Source: Candidatus Omnitrophota bacterium
Lineage (GTDB): Bacteria; Omnitrophota; Gorgyraeia; Gygaellales; Profunditerraquicolaceae
Assembly: GCA_020058085.1 (NCBI GenBank)
Contig: JAGVER010000007.1
Location: 71,969-135,968, forward strand
Direction of reading: 5' to 3'
Length of the DNA: 64,000 nt
Made by a program: the position numbers and the translations under genes. Positions within the stretch are counted from its first letter, which is position 1. Every line of letters starts with the position of its first letter. The notes below the pieces were generated by a model. That model did not search any database. It was given only the letters and a program-made list of their open reading frames with translations, and had not been told where the DNA came from. Shown here one piece after another: positions 1-8,653 of this stretch.

Positions 1-711
1 TTACTTAGAAAGAAAAATTCCTATCTCTATTCTAGTCCAAAGGATACTAAGGGTCAGAAAGTCTTTATAAATAGTAGTTTTAGCCGTGCGAAGGCGCACC
101 TTTTGCCTCAGGGCAGCACGGGTATCTCTGTCGAGAGGAGTATTTTTGTCCGTAGTAATAATGGATTTTGTTGGTGTATTAATGATATAATTTATGATTT
201 CTTGCAGGTACTTCTTATAAATTATTTTGCCCAAAGGAACGAGGGTATTTTTACACATTCTGTAGGCATCAAAGATATTGATGGCAGTGGTCTTATTTTT
301 TGTGGTAAGTCAGGTGCGGGTAAAAGCACTACTGCTAGGATCTGGCATAGTCATTCCAGAGCTACGGTTTTAAACGATGATCGCATGATTATACGCAAAA
401 ATAAAGAAAAATTTATCATACATGGATCTCCGTGGCACGGTGATTTTAGTGATTATCTTGTTTCACGTATAGAGCCAGCCCGACTCAAGAGATTATTTTT
501 TATCCAGCACTCATTAAGGAATAGGGTAGAGAGAGTATCCGGGCTTGAAGCATTTAGTTTGTTGTACCCAACGCTTTTTCCAGCCTTTTGGGATAAGAAA
601 TTGTTGACGAATATTTGTTCTTTTGCGCATGATATAGTCAAAAATATACCCTGTTACAAGATGGGTTTTGTAGATGATAAAAATTTAATTAAGTTTACAA
701 GAAGCGTATAA
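1..711 (+). CDS. HPr-kinase-related P-loop protein (5' end lies outside the window)
   Basis: Frame 1 has no stop from nt 1 to the TTG at 103, so the ORF is cut by the window edge. FTHSVGIKDIDGSGLIFCGKSGAGKSTTA matches the active-site/Walker-A layout of HprK C-terminal-domain relatives. Confidence 0.55.
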   Translation, partial: LLRKKNSYLYSSPKDTKGQKVFINSSFSRAKAHLLPQGSTGISVERSIFVRSNNGFCWCINDIIYDFLQVLLINYFAQRNEGIFTHSVGIKDIDGSGLIFCGKSGAGKSTTARIWHSHSRATVLNDDRMIIRKNKEKFIIHGSPWHGDFSDYLVSRIEPARLKRLFFIQHSLRNRVERVSGLEAFSLLYPTLFPAFWDKKLLTNICSFAHDIVKNIPCYKMGFVDDKNLIKFTRSV

Positions 712-716
712 ATCAT

Positions 717-745
717 TTGTTCAATAGATAATTATGTGATAGAAT
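717..745 (+). promoter_or_regulatory. candidate sigma70-type promoter for the 66-aa ORF
   Basis: TTGTTC (717-722), a 17-nt spacer ending TGa (extended -10), then TAGAAT (740-745). It lies about 15 nt upstream of the AGGGAGGA Shine-Dalgarno at 761-768. Confidence 0.3.
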
Positions 746-774
746 TAAGGCATTAAATAAAGGGAGGATAAAAT

Positions 775-975
775 ATGGCAAAAAAGCAAAAGTTTAAACC
801 AAGAATTTCAAAAGTGAAACTTCAGCCGGAACAAGCAGTTTTAGCTTGTACTTGCTATGATACGGGTTTCACACCTGGAAGTACGCCTTTTGGTGCGATG
901 CAGGGTTGCTATAGAAATACAAAAACCATTGTAACAACTATATACAATTATGCTTCTAACGCATCCTCTAGTTAG
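775..975 (+). CDS. 66-aa candidate precursor peptide / small basic protein, family not recognised
   Basis: AGGGAGGA SD lies 6 nt before the ATG. Residues 1-16 carry 7 Lys/Arg. The C-terminal 42 residues carry 3 Cys, 4 Tyr and 8 Thr and end in ASNASSS. The stop codon sits in a small hairpin (971-976/989-994). Confidence 0.5.
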   Translation: MAKKQKFKPRISKVKLQPEQAVLACTCYDTGFTPGSTPFGAMQGCYRNTKTIVTTIYNYASNASSS

Positions 976-1245
976 ATGTAAACTTCGGTCTAACTGCAAT
1001 CGGGCTAAATATTGTGAATATATGGTATAAATTTTCTCTATTTACGTTTAGTTCGGGTTTGTTAGGAATCGACTACTTATTTTAATCACTACTTCCGGGA
1101 ATAGTTTTGTTATTCTGGCTTATAATTTAAAATCCTCATTAAATCATTTTCTTAGTTTGGCAGTAGACTTCTTAAACGCCTGCTCAAGGTCCATAATAGC
1201 TAACAAATCTTTTTACCCCAAAGCCTTAAACCGTAGATTTTTATT

Positions 1246-2298
1246 ATGCTGAAGATTAGCGTTCCATTCAGAGAAGAAGAAGAAGTTAATGCATTAATTG
1301 ATGCCGGAGCTGATGAGCTGTATTGTGGTTATTTACCCCCTAGTTGGGAAAGGATATACACAGATCTGGAATTTGAGCGTAAAGGCGGAAGAAAAAGTAA
1401 CTTTACTGAATTAGGAGTCTTAAAAAAGGCAGTCCATACGGCGCATAATCGGAATGTTCCTGTTTATCTCACCTTAAATGGTCTTTATGTTAATTCTCAA
1501 TACCCGCTTCTTAATAAAATAATTGATCAGCTTGAAGGAATTGCTTTTGATTCTTTTATTGTCGCCGACCTAGGCTTATTACTGCTTTTAAGAAAAAGAA
1601 GATTAAAAAGTAAAATACATATTTCTACCGGTGGAACGGTTTTTAACTCGAGGTCTGTAGATTTCTACAAAGGATTGGGAGCCTCTAGGATAGTTTTGGA
1701 TCGTCAAGTTAGTATTGATTCAATGAAGAATATTACTAGCGCGCATCCCGAGATAGAGTTTGAAGCATTTATAATTAATACGCTATGTGTGTACATAGAT
1801 GGTTTTTGTACGTTTACTCATATGTATAATTTATATACTGATGAAAAGCAGAAACGTATTCCTAAGGATACTAAAGAGAAAAAGATGTTACTTTCCATCG
1901 CTTCCAGTTATGATATTGATAGCCGTGCGGATGCCTGCTGCCTTAAATATGATGTTAAGACTATAGATTTAGATAAATCAGATATAATAGTGGACAAAAA
2001 GATAAAACCTGTTTTTTTTAAACAATTAACCGATGGCCGAGAATGCGGTGCCTGCGCGATATACGATATTGCGCTTACTGGGGTAAAATCCCTTAAAATT
2101 GTAGGAAGACAGTTGGCTCCTGAGTTAAGGTTGTCTGATACGCGTTTTATACGCGCCTGTCTTGATATTTTAAAAGATAACAAAAAGATTAAAAAGGATA
2201 AATTTATCCAACTGGCGCAAGATAATTACAAGGATTATTGTGGATATAAAGATAAATGTAGAGGAAATAACTGTTATCATCCTGGAGTGATATTATAA
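1246..2298 (+). CDS. peptidase-U32-family Fe-S protein, UbiU-like large subunit (copy 1)
   Basis: GADELYCGY, VPVYLTLNGL, FIVADLGLL, HISTGGTVFN, RIVLDRQVS, TLCVYIDGFCTF and SLKIVGRQ line up with the conserved blocks of E. coli UbiU/YhbU as I recall them. Confidence 0.75.
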   Translation: MLKISVPFREEEEVNALIDAGADELYCGYLPPSWERIYTDLEFERKGGRKSNFTELGVLKKAVHTAHNRNVPVYLTLNGLYVNSQYPLLNKIIDQLEGIAFDSFIVADLGLLLLLRKRRLKSKIHISTGGTVFNSRSVDFYKGLGASRIVLDRQVSIDSMKNITSAHPEIEFEAFIINTLCVYIDGFCTFTHMYNLYTDEKQKRIPKDTKEKKMLLSIASSYDIDSRADACCLKYDVKTIDLDKSDIIVDKKIKPVFFKQLTDGRECGACAIYDIALTGVKSLKIVGRQLAPELRLSDTRFIRACLDILKDNKKIKKDKFIQLAQDNYKDYCGYKDKCRGNNCYHPGVIL

Positions 2299-2314
2299 GG
2301 AATAATATTAATAT

Positions 2315-3184
2315 ATGGAAAAGGCGATTTTTATTTCAAGAATTAAGCAACTGAAATTTATTAAACCAGACTATGCCAGAATTTATTATGGAAACGAATT
2401 TTGTGAAAGGTTAATATCTTCTCCGAGCCTCTTAAAAGAGGTTTTGTTTTACGCGCAAAAAAATAATTTGAACTTTACCTTCGTCACTCCCTATGTCACT
2501 GATCTTGGTTTAAAAAAAATAAATTCACTATTTGAATTATTATACCGGTTTCAAAATAGTTGTGAAGTTGTTTTTAATGATTGGGGGGTATTTGATCTAG
2601 CTAGGAGTGAATATCCAGCTTTTACTTTAGCTTTGGGCAGGTTGCTGGTTAAACAGAAAAGAGGGCCCAGGTTGATAGAGTTATTAAAACGAAAGATCAA
2701 AGCCCGCTTTATCAAGGATAAAAATGGCGGCAAAGTTAAACAAATTCTTATTCAAAAAAAACTTCCGCTATCTTTGGATGATTATTATAAAGGCGCAAAT
2801 ATATCAAGCAGTACTATTATTCATGATTTCTTAATTAGCCATGGGGTAAAAAGAATCGAGATGGATAACGTCGCGCAGGGTTTGTATTTAGGATTACCGC
2901 AAAATAAAATATCAGTTTCTCTCTACCTACCGTATGTATATATTACTACAACTTTTTTTTGCCCCACAGCCGGCTGTGCCGCAAACAAAAATAATCCGTT
3001 AAAAATAAAGAAGTGCGGGCGAGAGTGCCAAAGGTACGTTTTTAAATTAACACATAAAAGTATGCCTAAAACCATATACTTAAAAGGAAACACACAGTTT
3101 TATATTAATAAAAAATTGTCCATTAGCAGTTTAGCGAAATCTCCGGTTAACAGGATTGTTTATTTTCCGGAATTGGTTGTTTAA
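2315..3184 (+). CDS. U32-related small subunit, UbiV-like (copy 1)
   Basis: RIYYGNEFCERL near the N-terminus plus a C-terminal Cys cluster FFCPTAGCAANKNNPLKIKKCGRECQRY. This is the UbiV/YhbV pattern of one N-terminal Cys plus a C-terminal Cys cluster. It starts 16 nt after the large subunit. Confidence 0.65.
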   Translation: MEKAIFISRIKQLKFIKPDYARIYYGNEFCERLISSPSLLKEVLFYAQKNNLNFTFVTPYVTDLGLKKINSLFELLYRFQNSCEVVFNDWGVFDLARSEYPAFTLALGRLLVKQKRGPRLIELLKRKIKARFIKDKNGGKVKQILIQKKLPLSLDDYYKGANISSSTIIHDFLISHGVKRIEMDNVAQGLYLGLPQNKISVSLYLPYVYITTTFFCPTAGCAANKNNPLKIKKCGRECQRYVFKLTHKSMPKTIYLKGNTQFYINKKLSISSLAKSPVNRIVYFPELVV

Positions 3185-3204
3185 AATATTTTTTAACGAA
3201 ACCT

Positions 3205-4110
3205 ATGCAAATATTAAGAATCCAAGAGATTTACTCTAATAGATTCAAAAGGCAACAAAGGATAAAAGAATTGCAATATCATGCTGGCGGGAACTGTGTG
3301 CATGTAGGAAAGATATCTCCGGGGTGTAAACCTTGTTTTACGTCTACTAAGCATATTAATCTAACTGTCGGAATCAAATGCAATTTAAAGTGTGACTATT
3401 GTACTTCCGATGATAATATCTGTGATTTTAAGAATCCTCTAGATAAGGCTATGAGGGCTAATATAACATTAAAAGTTTTGTCAGGAAAATCCCTAATTAG
3501 TGCAGTTTCTTTCACCGGTGGAGGAGAGCCGTTGTTATATCTGAAAACTATAGTTAAAAACATGAAGTTTTTTCATTCATTAGAGCAATGGATGAAGAAA
3601 AAACCATGGTATTATCTCTATACAAATGGATTACTTATAAATGATGTTTTGTTAGCGAGATTAAAGGATTTAGGTTTTGATGAAATTAGGGTCCATTTAG
3701 GCGCATCCAATTTTTCTAGTGCAGTTTATAAGAATGTAGAGAAGGCCGCAGCTTATTTTAAAGCGGTATCAATAGAGACTCCTGCTTGGCCTTTGCATAG
3801 AGGAAAGCTTTTCGAGATGTTGCCAGTTATTGATTCAATTGGTATCAAACATCTTAATATAGGAGAAATAGAAATAAACCGTTTTAATATTAAGAGGATT
3901 TTAAAAGTAATGCCTGATGCCAAAGTGCACCAGTGTTTCGGTTTGCATCTATACGATGGCGGGCTCGTCTATGATCTTATAGAAGAAATAGTAAAAAGGA
4001 AATACTCTTATTCAGTTATTGATTGTAGTTGTTTTGTGAAAACTATTCAACGCGCTGGGGCTAAGGACGTTTATTGTGAAAAGGGAGAAGATTTATGCAA
4101 GCAATACTAG
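3205..4110 (+). CDS. radical SAM enzyme
   Basis: GIKCNLKCDYCTS is the CxxxCxxC motif and FTGGGEPLL is the glycine-rich SAM motif. Extra Cys at the N-terminus (CVHVGKISPGCKPC) and C-terminus (DCSCF..YCEKGEDLC) could ligate an auxiliary cluster. I recognise no SPASM pattern. Confidence 0.75.
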   Translation: MQILRIQEIYSNRFKRQQRIKELQYHAGGNCVHVGKISPGCKPCFTSTKHINLTVGIKCNLKCDYCTSDDNICDFKNPLDKAMRANITLKVLSGKSLISAVSFTGGGEPLLYLKTIVKNMKFFHSLEQWMKKKPWYYLYTNGLLINDVLLARLKDLGFDEIRVHLGASNFSSAVYKNVEKAAAYFKAVSIETPAWPLHRGKLFEMLPVIDSIGIKHLNIGEIEINRFNIKRILKVMPDAKVHQCFGLHLYDGGLVYDLIEEIVKRKYSYSVIDCSCFVKTIQRAGAKDVYCEKGEDLCKQY

Positions 4111-4115
4111 TTTAG

Positions 4116-4985
4116 ATGAAAATCAGAACCGCGATAAAAAAAATCCTTGAAGTAACTGAGGATAACACATCAGCCGATGTCCTGCTCTGCAAGTCTATCT
4201 TGTTAAAAATAATAAATAACTTTGGCGATCAAAATGTGGAAGAAGTATCTATGTCAAGAATCGCTCATTTTGTAAGTAAAGAGCTAGGATTGGGGGATAG
4301 TTATATACATAAAATACTAGCTAAAGAAAAGAGATATCACTGGGAAAGAGCTTATCATAACCGTTATATTGAGCAAAGGCCTATTCGTCTACCATGGGAG
4401 ATCAGTAAGCCTACTTATTTTTTAGCAGAGTTATTTGAAAATAAGGATTTTGTTCCTCGCCGTGTGTTGGAATTAGGTAGTGGAATCGGAAGAGACGCCA
4501 TCTTTATGGCTAAGAAAGGTAGCGAGGTTTATGCTGTGGATATTTCTTACATTGCTACTAAGATTGCAATAGATTCGGCTAAGAAAGCCAAAGTCAAATG
4601 TAAATTTTTTAATAGAGATATATTTAAATTGAATTTCAAGAGTGGGTATTTCGATCTTATTTTTGATCGAGGGTGTTTTCATCACATACCATTCTTTTTG
4701 CACGATGAATATATTAAATTAGTCAATAGGTTTCTAAGCTCAAAGGGGCGTTTTTATCTCTTATGCCATAGGCAGCAAAACTTATATGAGAATGGTCTTT
4801 ACCCGTTTTTAGGTAGATTGACGTGGTTATTGAATTATCTTTTAAAAAATCAGTTCGAGATATATTTTACCAAGAATGACATTAAGTTAACTTTCCGAGA
4901 TAAATTTAAGATAATAAAGATGGATAGTTTTCAGGAAAAAACAGGTGATAATTTGTACTCTTGTTTTATGCAAAAACGTTCTTAA
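4116..4985 (+). CDS. class I SAM-dependent methyltransferase with N-terminal extension
   Basis: VLELGSGIGRDAIFMAKKG (motif I), VYAVDIS (acidic motif II) and DLIFDRGCFHH. About 95 residues precede the Rossmann core. Confidence 0.7.
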   Translation: MKIRTAIKKILEVTEDNTSADVLLCKSILLKIINNFGDQNVEEVSMSRIAHFVSKELGLGDSYIHKILAKEKRYHWERAYHNRYIEQRPIRLPWEISKPTYFLAELFENKDFVPRRVLELGSGIGRDAIFMAKKGSEVYAVDISYIATKIAIDSAKKAKVKCKFFNRDIFKLNFKSGYFDLIFDRGCFHHIPFFLHDEYIKLVNRFLSSKGRFYLLCHRQQNLYENGLYPFLGRLTWLLNYLLKNQFEIYFTKNDIKLTFRDKFKIIKMDSFQEKTGDNLYSCFMQKRS

Positions 4986-4986
4986 T

Positions 4987-6060
4987 ATGAAAAAAGGTTG
5001 CTTTAACATTTTAGCGCCATTTTCAGCAATTCATGATGTACAAGTATTAAAGGACGCTGGGGTAGATGAACTTTATTGCGGCTATATTACGGAAGATCTG
5101 AAAAACAAATGGCCCTTAGCATTTAATATTCTAAATAGACGCGGGGAAGGGAGTAGTTTTGATAATTATGCTGTATTCAAAGAAGCGATATCGCAAGCGT
5201 ATAAATATAATCTCCCTGTCTATCTGACTCTAAATGGATTGTATACTTCTCAGCAGTATCCCTTATTGCTAAGTCTAGTAAATAATATACAATCATTACC
5301 TGGGATAAAAGGGATTATCGTTGCAGATATTGGGCTGTTGTTATACTTGAAGAAAAGTAAATTCAAGAAAGAAATTCATATCAGCACTATAGCGGGTTGT
5401 TTTAATTCACTAACGGCTGATTTTTATAAAGAACTAGGCGCTAATAGAGTAATTTTAGATAGGCAGCTAACAGTTGAAGAGATAAAAGATATAATCTCAA
5501 GAATTAAATCTGACATTGATATTGAGATCCTCATTATAAGAGAAAATTGTGGAGGTTTTATAGATAGCTTATGTACTTTCTTGCATTGTTCAGAACAACT
5601 TGAATTAAATACCGAAACAATAAAAAAGAACGTTTCTTTAATAAAGGCTTACGATACCGAGATCTGTGATTTGGGATGCGAATTTTATTTCAAAAAATTA
5701 GCAAATGGTAATTTTGAGACATTTGATTCTCTAACCGAGTTAAGCAAGCCGATGAATCTTAAGTATGATCGGGACAAACATCATGGGTTTGGTTGTAGGA
5801 TATGTGATTTATATGATCTAAAAGAATATCCGATAAAGAGCCTAAAGATAGTAGGAAGAGGGAAAAGTTCCCAGGAGATTTCTAAATTTGTTAAACTTTT
5901 ATTACGGGTTTTAAACAATTTAAAACAGGCTGATATTTCGAAATCAGAATTTCAGTCTAAATGTAAAGCTTTATTCTCAAAGGTAGCTTTTAATGGAAAA
6001 AAAATGTGTTCTAACTTTGATTGTTATTTTTCCAACTCCCTCGTAAAAAATGAAAAATAG
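4987..6060 (+). CDS. peptidase-U32-family Fe-S protein, UbiU-like large subunit (copy 2)
   Basis: The ATG at 4987 lies 1 nt after the upstream stop; the ORF-track start at 4945 would overlap the methyltransferase. Motifs: GVDELYCGY, LPVYLTLNGL, IIVADIGLL, HISTIAGCFN, RVILDRQLT, CGGFIDSLCTFLHC, SLKIVGRG. Confidence 0.75.
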   Translation: MKKGCFNILAPFSAIHDVQVLKDAGVDELYCGYITEDLKNKWPLAFNILNRRGEGSSFDNYAVFKEAISQAYKYNLPVYLTLNGLYTSQQYPLLLSLVNNIQSLPGIKGIIVADIGLLLYLKKSKFKKEIHISTIAGCFNSLTADFYKELGANRVILDRQLTVEEIKDIISRIKSDIDIEILIIRENCGGFIDSLCTFLHCSEQLELNTETIKKNVSLIKAYDTEICDLGCEFYFKKLANGNFETFDSLTELSKPMNLKYDRDKHHGFGCRICDLYDLKEYPIKSLKIVGRGKSSQEISKFVKLLLRVLNNLKQADISKSEFQSKCKALFSKVAFNGKKMCSNFDCYFSNSLVKNEK

Positions 6061-6886
6061 CATAGAGAAGGCAATCTTTACAAATCACTTTAAAGACGTT
6101 GGCGATATTTACCAGAGAATATATTTTGGCAATGAATTTTGTGAAAATTTGATTCCTACGTTAGGGCTGATGAAATCATGGGTTAGCTTTGCAAAGTTAA
6201 AAAACAAGGAGCTAACGTTTGTTACTCCGTTTGTAACTAATCTGGGTATTGAAAAGCTTAAATATCTATTAGCGTTTCTAAATAAACAAAAAAGCTGTGA
6301 AGTCGTCTTTAACGATTGGGGAGTATTTAAGTTGATAAGAGATAACTTTATAAATATAACTCCAGTTTTGGGTAGGCTTCTATCTAGACAACGGCGAGAT
6401 CCCCGTTTAATAGATATAATTAATGGAAGACAGAAGATAAGAGAAGTTTATTCTCCTAAAGAACAAGAAAAGTTCGTGATTTTACCTAAGAAAATACCTA
6501 GTAGCTTAGCAAACTATTATAGAACTTGTGTCCTAGGTGTTTCGGCATTCCAGCAGTTTATATTATCTTGCGGGATAAACAGAGTTGAAATCGATAATTT
6601 AGTCTGGAAAATGCGATTAAAATTAAATAAAAGATTAAAGGTCTCTATTTACGTTCCCTTTGGCTATGTTTCTACAACAAGGTCCTGTGGTAAACTAACC
6701 TTGACATATAAACCGTGTCAAAAAGAGTGTAAAGATTATTTTATTCGGCTAGGAAGCGAATCGTTGTTATCTAACGTTTACGCCATCGGTAACACAGTAT
6801 TTTATAAAAATGCTGAACCCTCGGTAGGTTATTTAAAAGATTTAGGTATCGATAGGGTTATTTATCAACCAAGGTTGCCATTTTAG
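6050..6886 (+). CDS. U32-related small subunit, UbiV-like (copy 2)
   Basis: RIYFGNEFCENL plus TRSCGKLTLTYKPCQKECKDY. The start overlaps the upstream stop by 11 nt (ATGAAAAATAG), which suggests translational coupling. Confidence 0.65.
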   Translation: MKNSIEKAIFTNHFKDVGDIYQRIYFGNEFCENLIPTLGLMKSWVSFAKLKNKELTFVTPFVTNLGIEKLKYLLAFLNKQKSCEVVFNDWGVFKLIRDNFINITPVLGRLLSRQRRDPRLIDIINGRQKIREVYSPKEQEKFVILPKKIPSSLANYYRTCVLGVSAFQQFILSCGINRVEIDNLVWKMRLKLNKRLKVSIYVPFGYVSTTRSCGKLTLTYKPCQKECKDYFIRLGSESLLSNVYAIGNTVFYKNAEPSVGYLKDLGIDRVIYQPRLPF

Positions 6887-6985
6887 CAGTAACATTAGAT
6901 CAGAGAGAATTATAGGGCTCTAGGAAGTCAAAACGTCAGGGGAGTATACTACGGAATGTTTTAAATGCCTAGGTGGGAATATAAA

Positions 6986-8653
6986 ATGAAGATATTTGGT
7001 ACGCTTGACCAAGACATATTTCATGTTGCTTCATATATTACTCCGGGTAAAAGAATGATATATGGTGCTTGGGTAGGGGAAGAAAGTTTTTACAACGGGT
7101 TGCTTACTTGGGGTAGTTTTGACGAGTACCACTTTTTTGTTAATTCAACAAAAGCAGGGAATATTTTTAAAAAGAAACTATTGCTTTTAAATATTAATAC
7201 GGATAAAGTAAGGATAATTGATATTAAAGAATTAGCCGTATATCTAAAAAAGATAGAATATACGATTTTCTTTACGCATAGAGCTGATATCTCAAATTTG
7301 GTTTATCTTCGCGCTAAGTATGCGAGAAAATGTTTTCCTGTATGTGGTTTGGTTCTTGATGCCATAAGTTATCCTGAAGCATTTAGGCAAACCTTTTTAA
7401 ACAATATCATAGCTGACGTACGACCTTTTGATTCAATTATTTGTCCTAGCCGCGCAGTTCTAAAAGTTATCAGGAAACATAATAAATTATTAAGTTTATC
7501 TTTTAAAGAAAATTTACTTTCAGGTAACCGTTATAACGGGAGACTAGACGTTTTGCCATTCGGTATAGATATTAACGATTACGGCGCATTAAACAAATTA
7601 AAGGCTAGAAGAGAACTCGGCTTAGATAAGGATAAGGTTATAGTTCTTTATTTTGGTCGTTTTTCTCTTTACGATAAAGCAGATCTATACCCTCTTTTGC
7701 TTGCTTTCAAGGAGGTTTTGAAAGAAAAAAGAAATGCTATGTTATTATTGGCTGGAATTGATCTCCAGCATGAATATGGCGAAAAGCTTAAACGCGTAGC
7801 CAAAGAAATGGGGATATTGCCCCATACAAAATTTATACTTCACAATTTTTTAGATAAGAAAAATCTATTGTTCACTGCGGCTGATATATTTGTTTCTCCC
7901 AGTGATAACATTCAGGAAACATTTGGTTTAACAGTTCTTGAAGCTATGGCCACAAGTTTGCCGGTAGTTGTTTCGGACTGGGATGGTTATAAGGATACGG
8001 TAATTCATAATAAAACTGGTTTCCGAATTCCTACTTACTGCTCCGATTATAATATCGAAGCTGTCTATCCCGGGTATTCAGCTTTTAAATCTTGGCAGCT
8101 GGAACATCTTTATTTTGCGCAGTCAGTTTGCGTTGATGTTAAAAGGTTTGTTGAATATTTATCAATTCTAGTGAAAGATAAAACATTGCGTTTAACCTTT
8201 GGTCATAACGCCAGAAATAATGTTTTGCAGAAATACGATTGGAGAGTCCTGATACCTGAATATGAAAAGCTATGGGAAAGATTATCTCGTTTATCCGACA
8301 ACGCCAAAATAAACAGAAAGATAAGCCAATATTTTTCACTAAAATATTTCGATTCTTTCAGTCATTACCCCACCCGTATTCTAAATAAGAAAACTAGGGT
8401 AAGTATTAGCGAGAATGGTACTTTATTTTTGAAATTTAGAAAACTATCTTTTAAAATCGAGAAAGAATTGCTCGATATTCTTTCGTTTAGGGTAATTTTT
8501 ATAATACTCTCTTTACTTTCAAGGGAAAACGCCGTTTCCATAGGAAAGATCGAAAAATATCTAAAGAGTAATTTTAACGTGCAAGTGTCACTTGTTAGAT
8601 ACCATATAATGTGGTTATTGAAGAAAGATTTAATTAGGAGGTTAAGTGGTTAA
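6986..8653 (+). CDS. GT-B (GT4-like) glycosyltransferase with extra C-terminal winged-helix-like region
   Basis: VIVLYFGRFSLYDKADL, LLLAG and the E-x7-E motif ETFGLTVLEAMATSLPVVVSDWDG. The start at 6986 (AGGTGGG 8 nt upstream) is preferred over 6965. About 110 C-terminal residues lie beyond the GT fold. Confidence 0.75.
   Translation: MKIFGTLDQDIFHVASYITPGKRMIYGAWVGEESFYNGLLTWGSFDEYHFFVNSTKAGNIFKKKLLLLNINTDKVRIIDIKELAVYLKKIEYTIFFTHRADISNLVYLRAKYARKCFPVCGLVLDAISYPEAFRQTFLNNIIADVRPFDSIICPSRAVLKVIRKHNKLLSLSFKENLLSGNRYNGRLDVLPFGIDINDYGALNKLKARRELGLDKDKVIVLYFGRFSLYDKADLYPLLLAFKEVLKEKRNAMLLLAGIDLQHEYGEKLKRVAKEMGILPHTKFILHNFLDKKNLLFTAADIFVSPSDNIQETFGLTVLEAMATSLPVVVSDWDGYKDTVIHNKTGFRIPTYCSDYNIEAVYPGYSAFKSWQLEHLYFAQSVCVDVKRFVEYLSILVKDKTLRLTFGHNARNNVLQKYDWRVLIPEYEKLWERLSRLSDNAKINRKISQYFSLKYFDSFSHYPTRILNKKTRVSISENGTLFLKFRKLSFKIEKELLDILSFRVIFIILSLLSRENAVSIGKIEKYLKSNFNVQVSLVRYHIMWLLKKDLIRRLSG

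Noticed and set aside
1-258. The minus-strand 85-aa ORF at the window start.
   Set aside because: It is antisense to the HprK-like gene, whose frame is open from nt 1. It has no motifs and an AT-rich low-complexity translation.
775-975. The 66-aa ORF as a lasso-peptide precursor, because of the adjacent HprK-like kinase and the C-terminal Ser.
   Set aside because: No Thr at the -2 position is followed by a Gly/Ala/Ser/Cys-1 core with Asp/Glu at positions 7-9. No lasso cyclase or B-protease genes are visible in the window, although the upstream region is unseen.
976-1245. A hidden gene or second precursor in the 270-nt gap after the 66-aa ORF.
   Set aside because: Only very short ORFs (16 aa or less) without an RBS occur on either strand. 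An extended -10-like TGGTATAAA at 1023-1031 is noted but is too weak to call.
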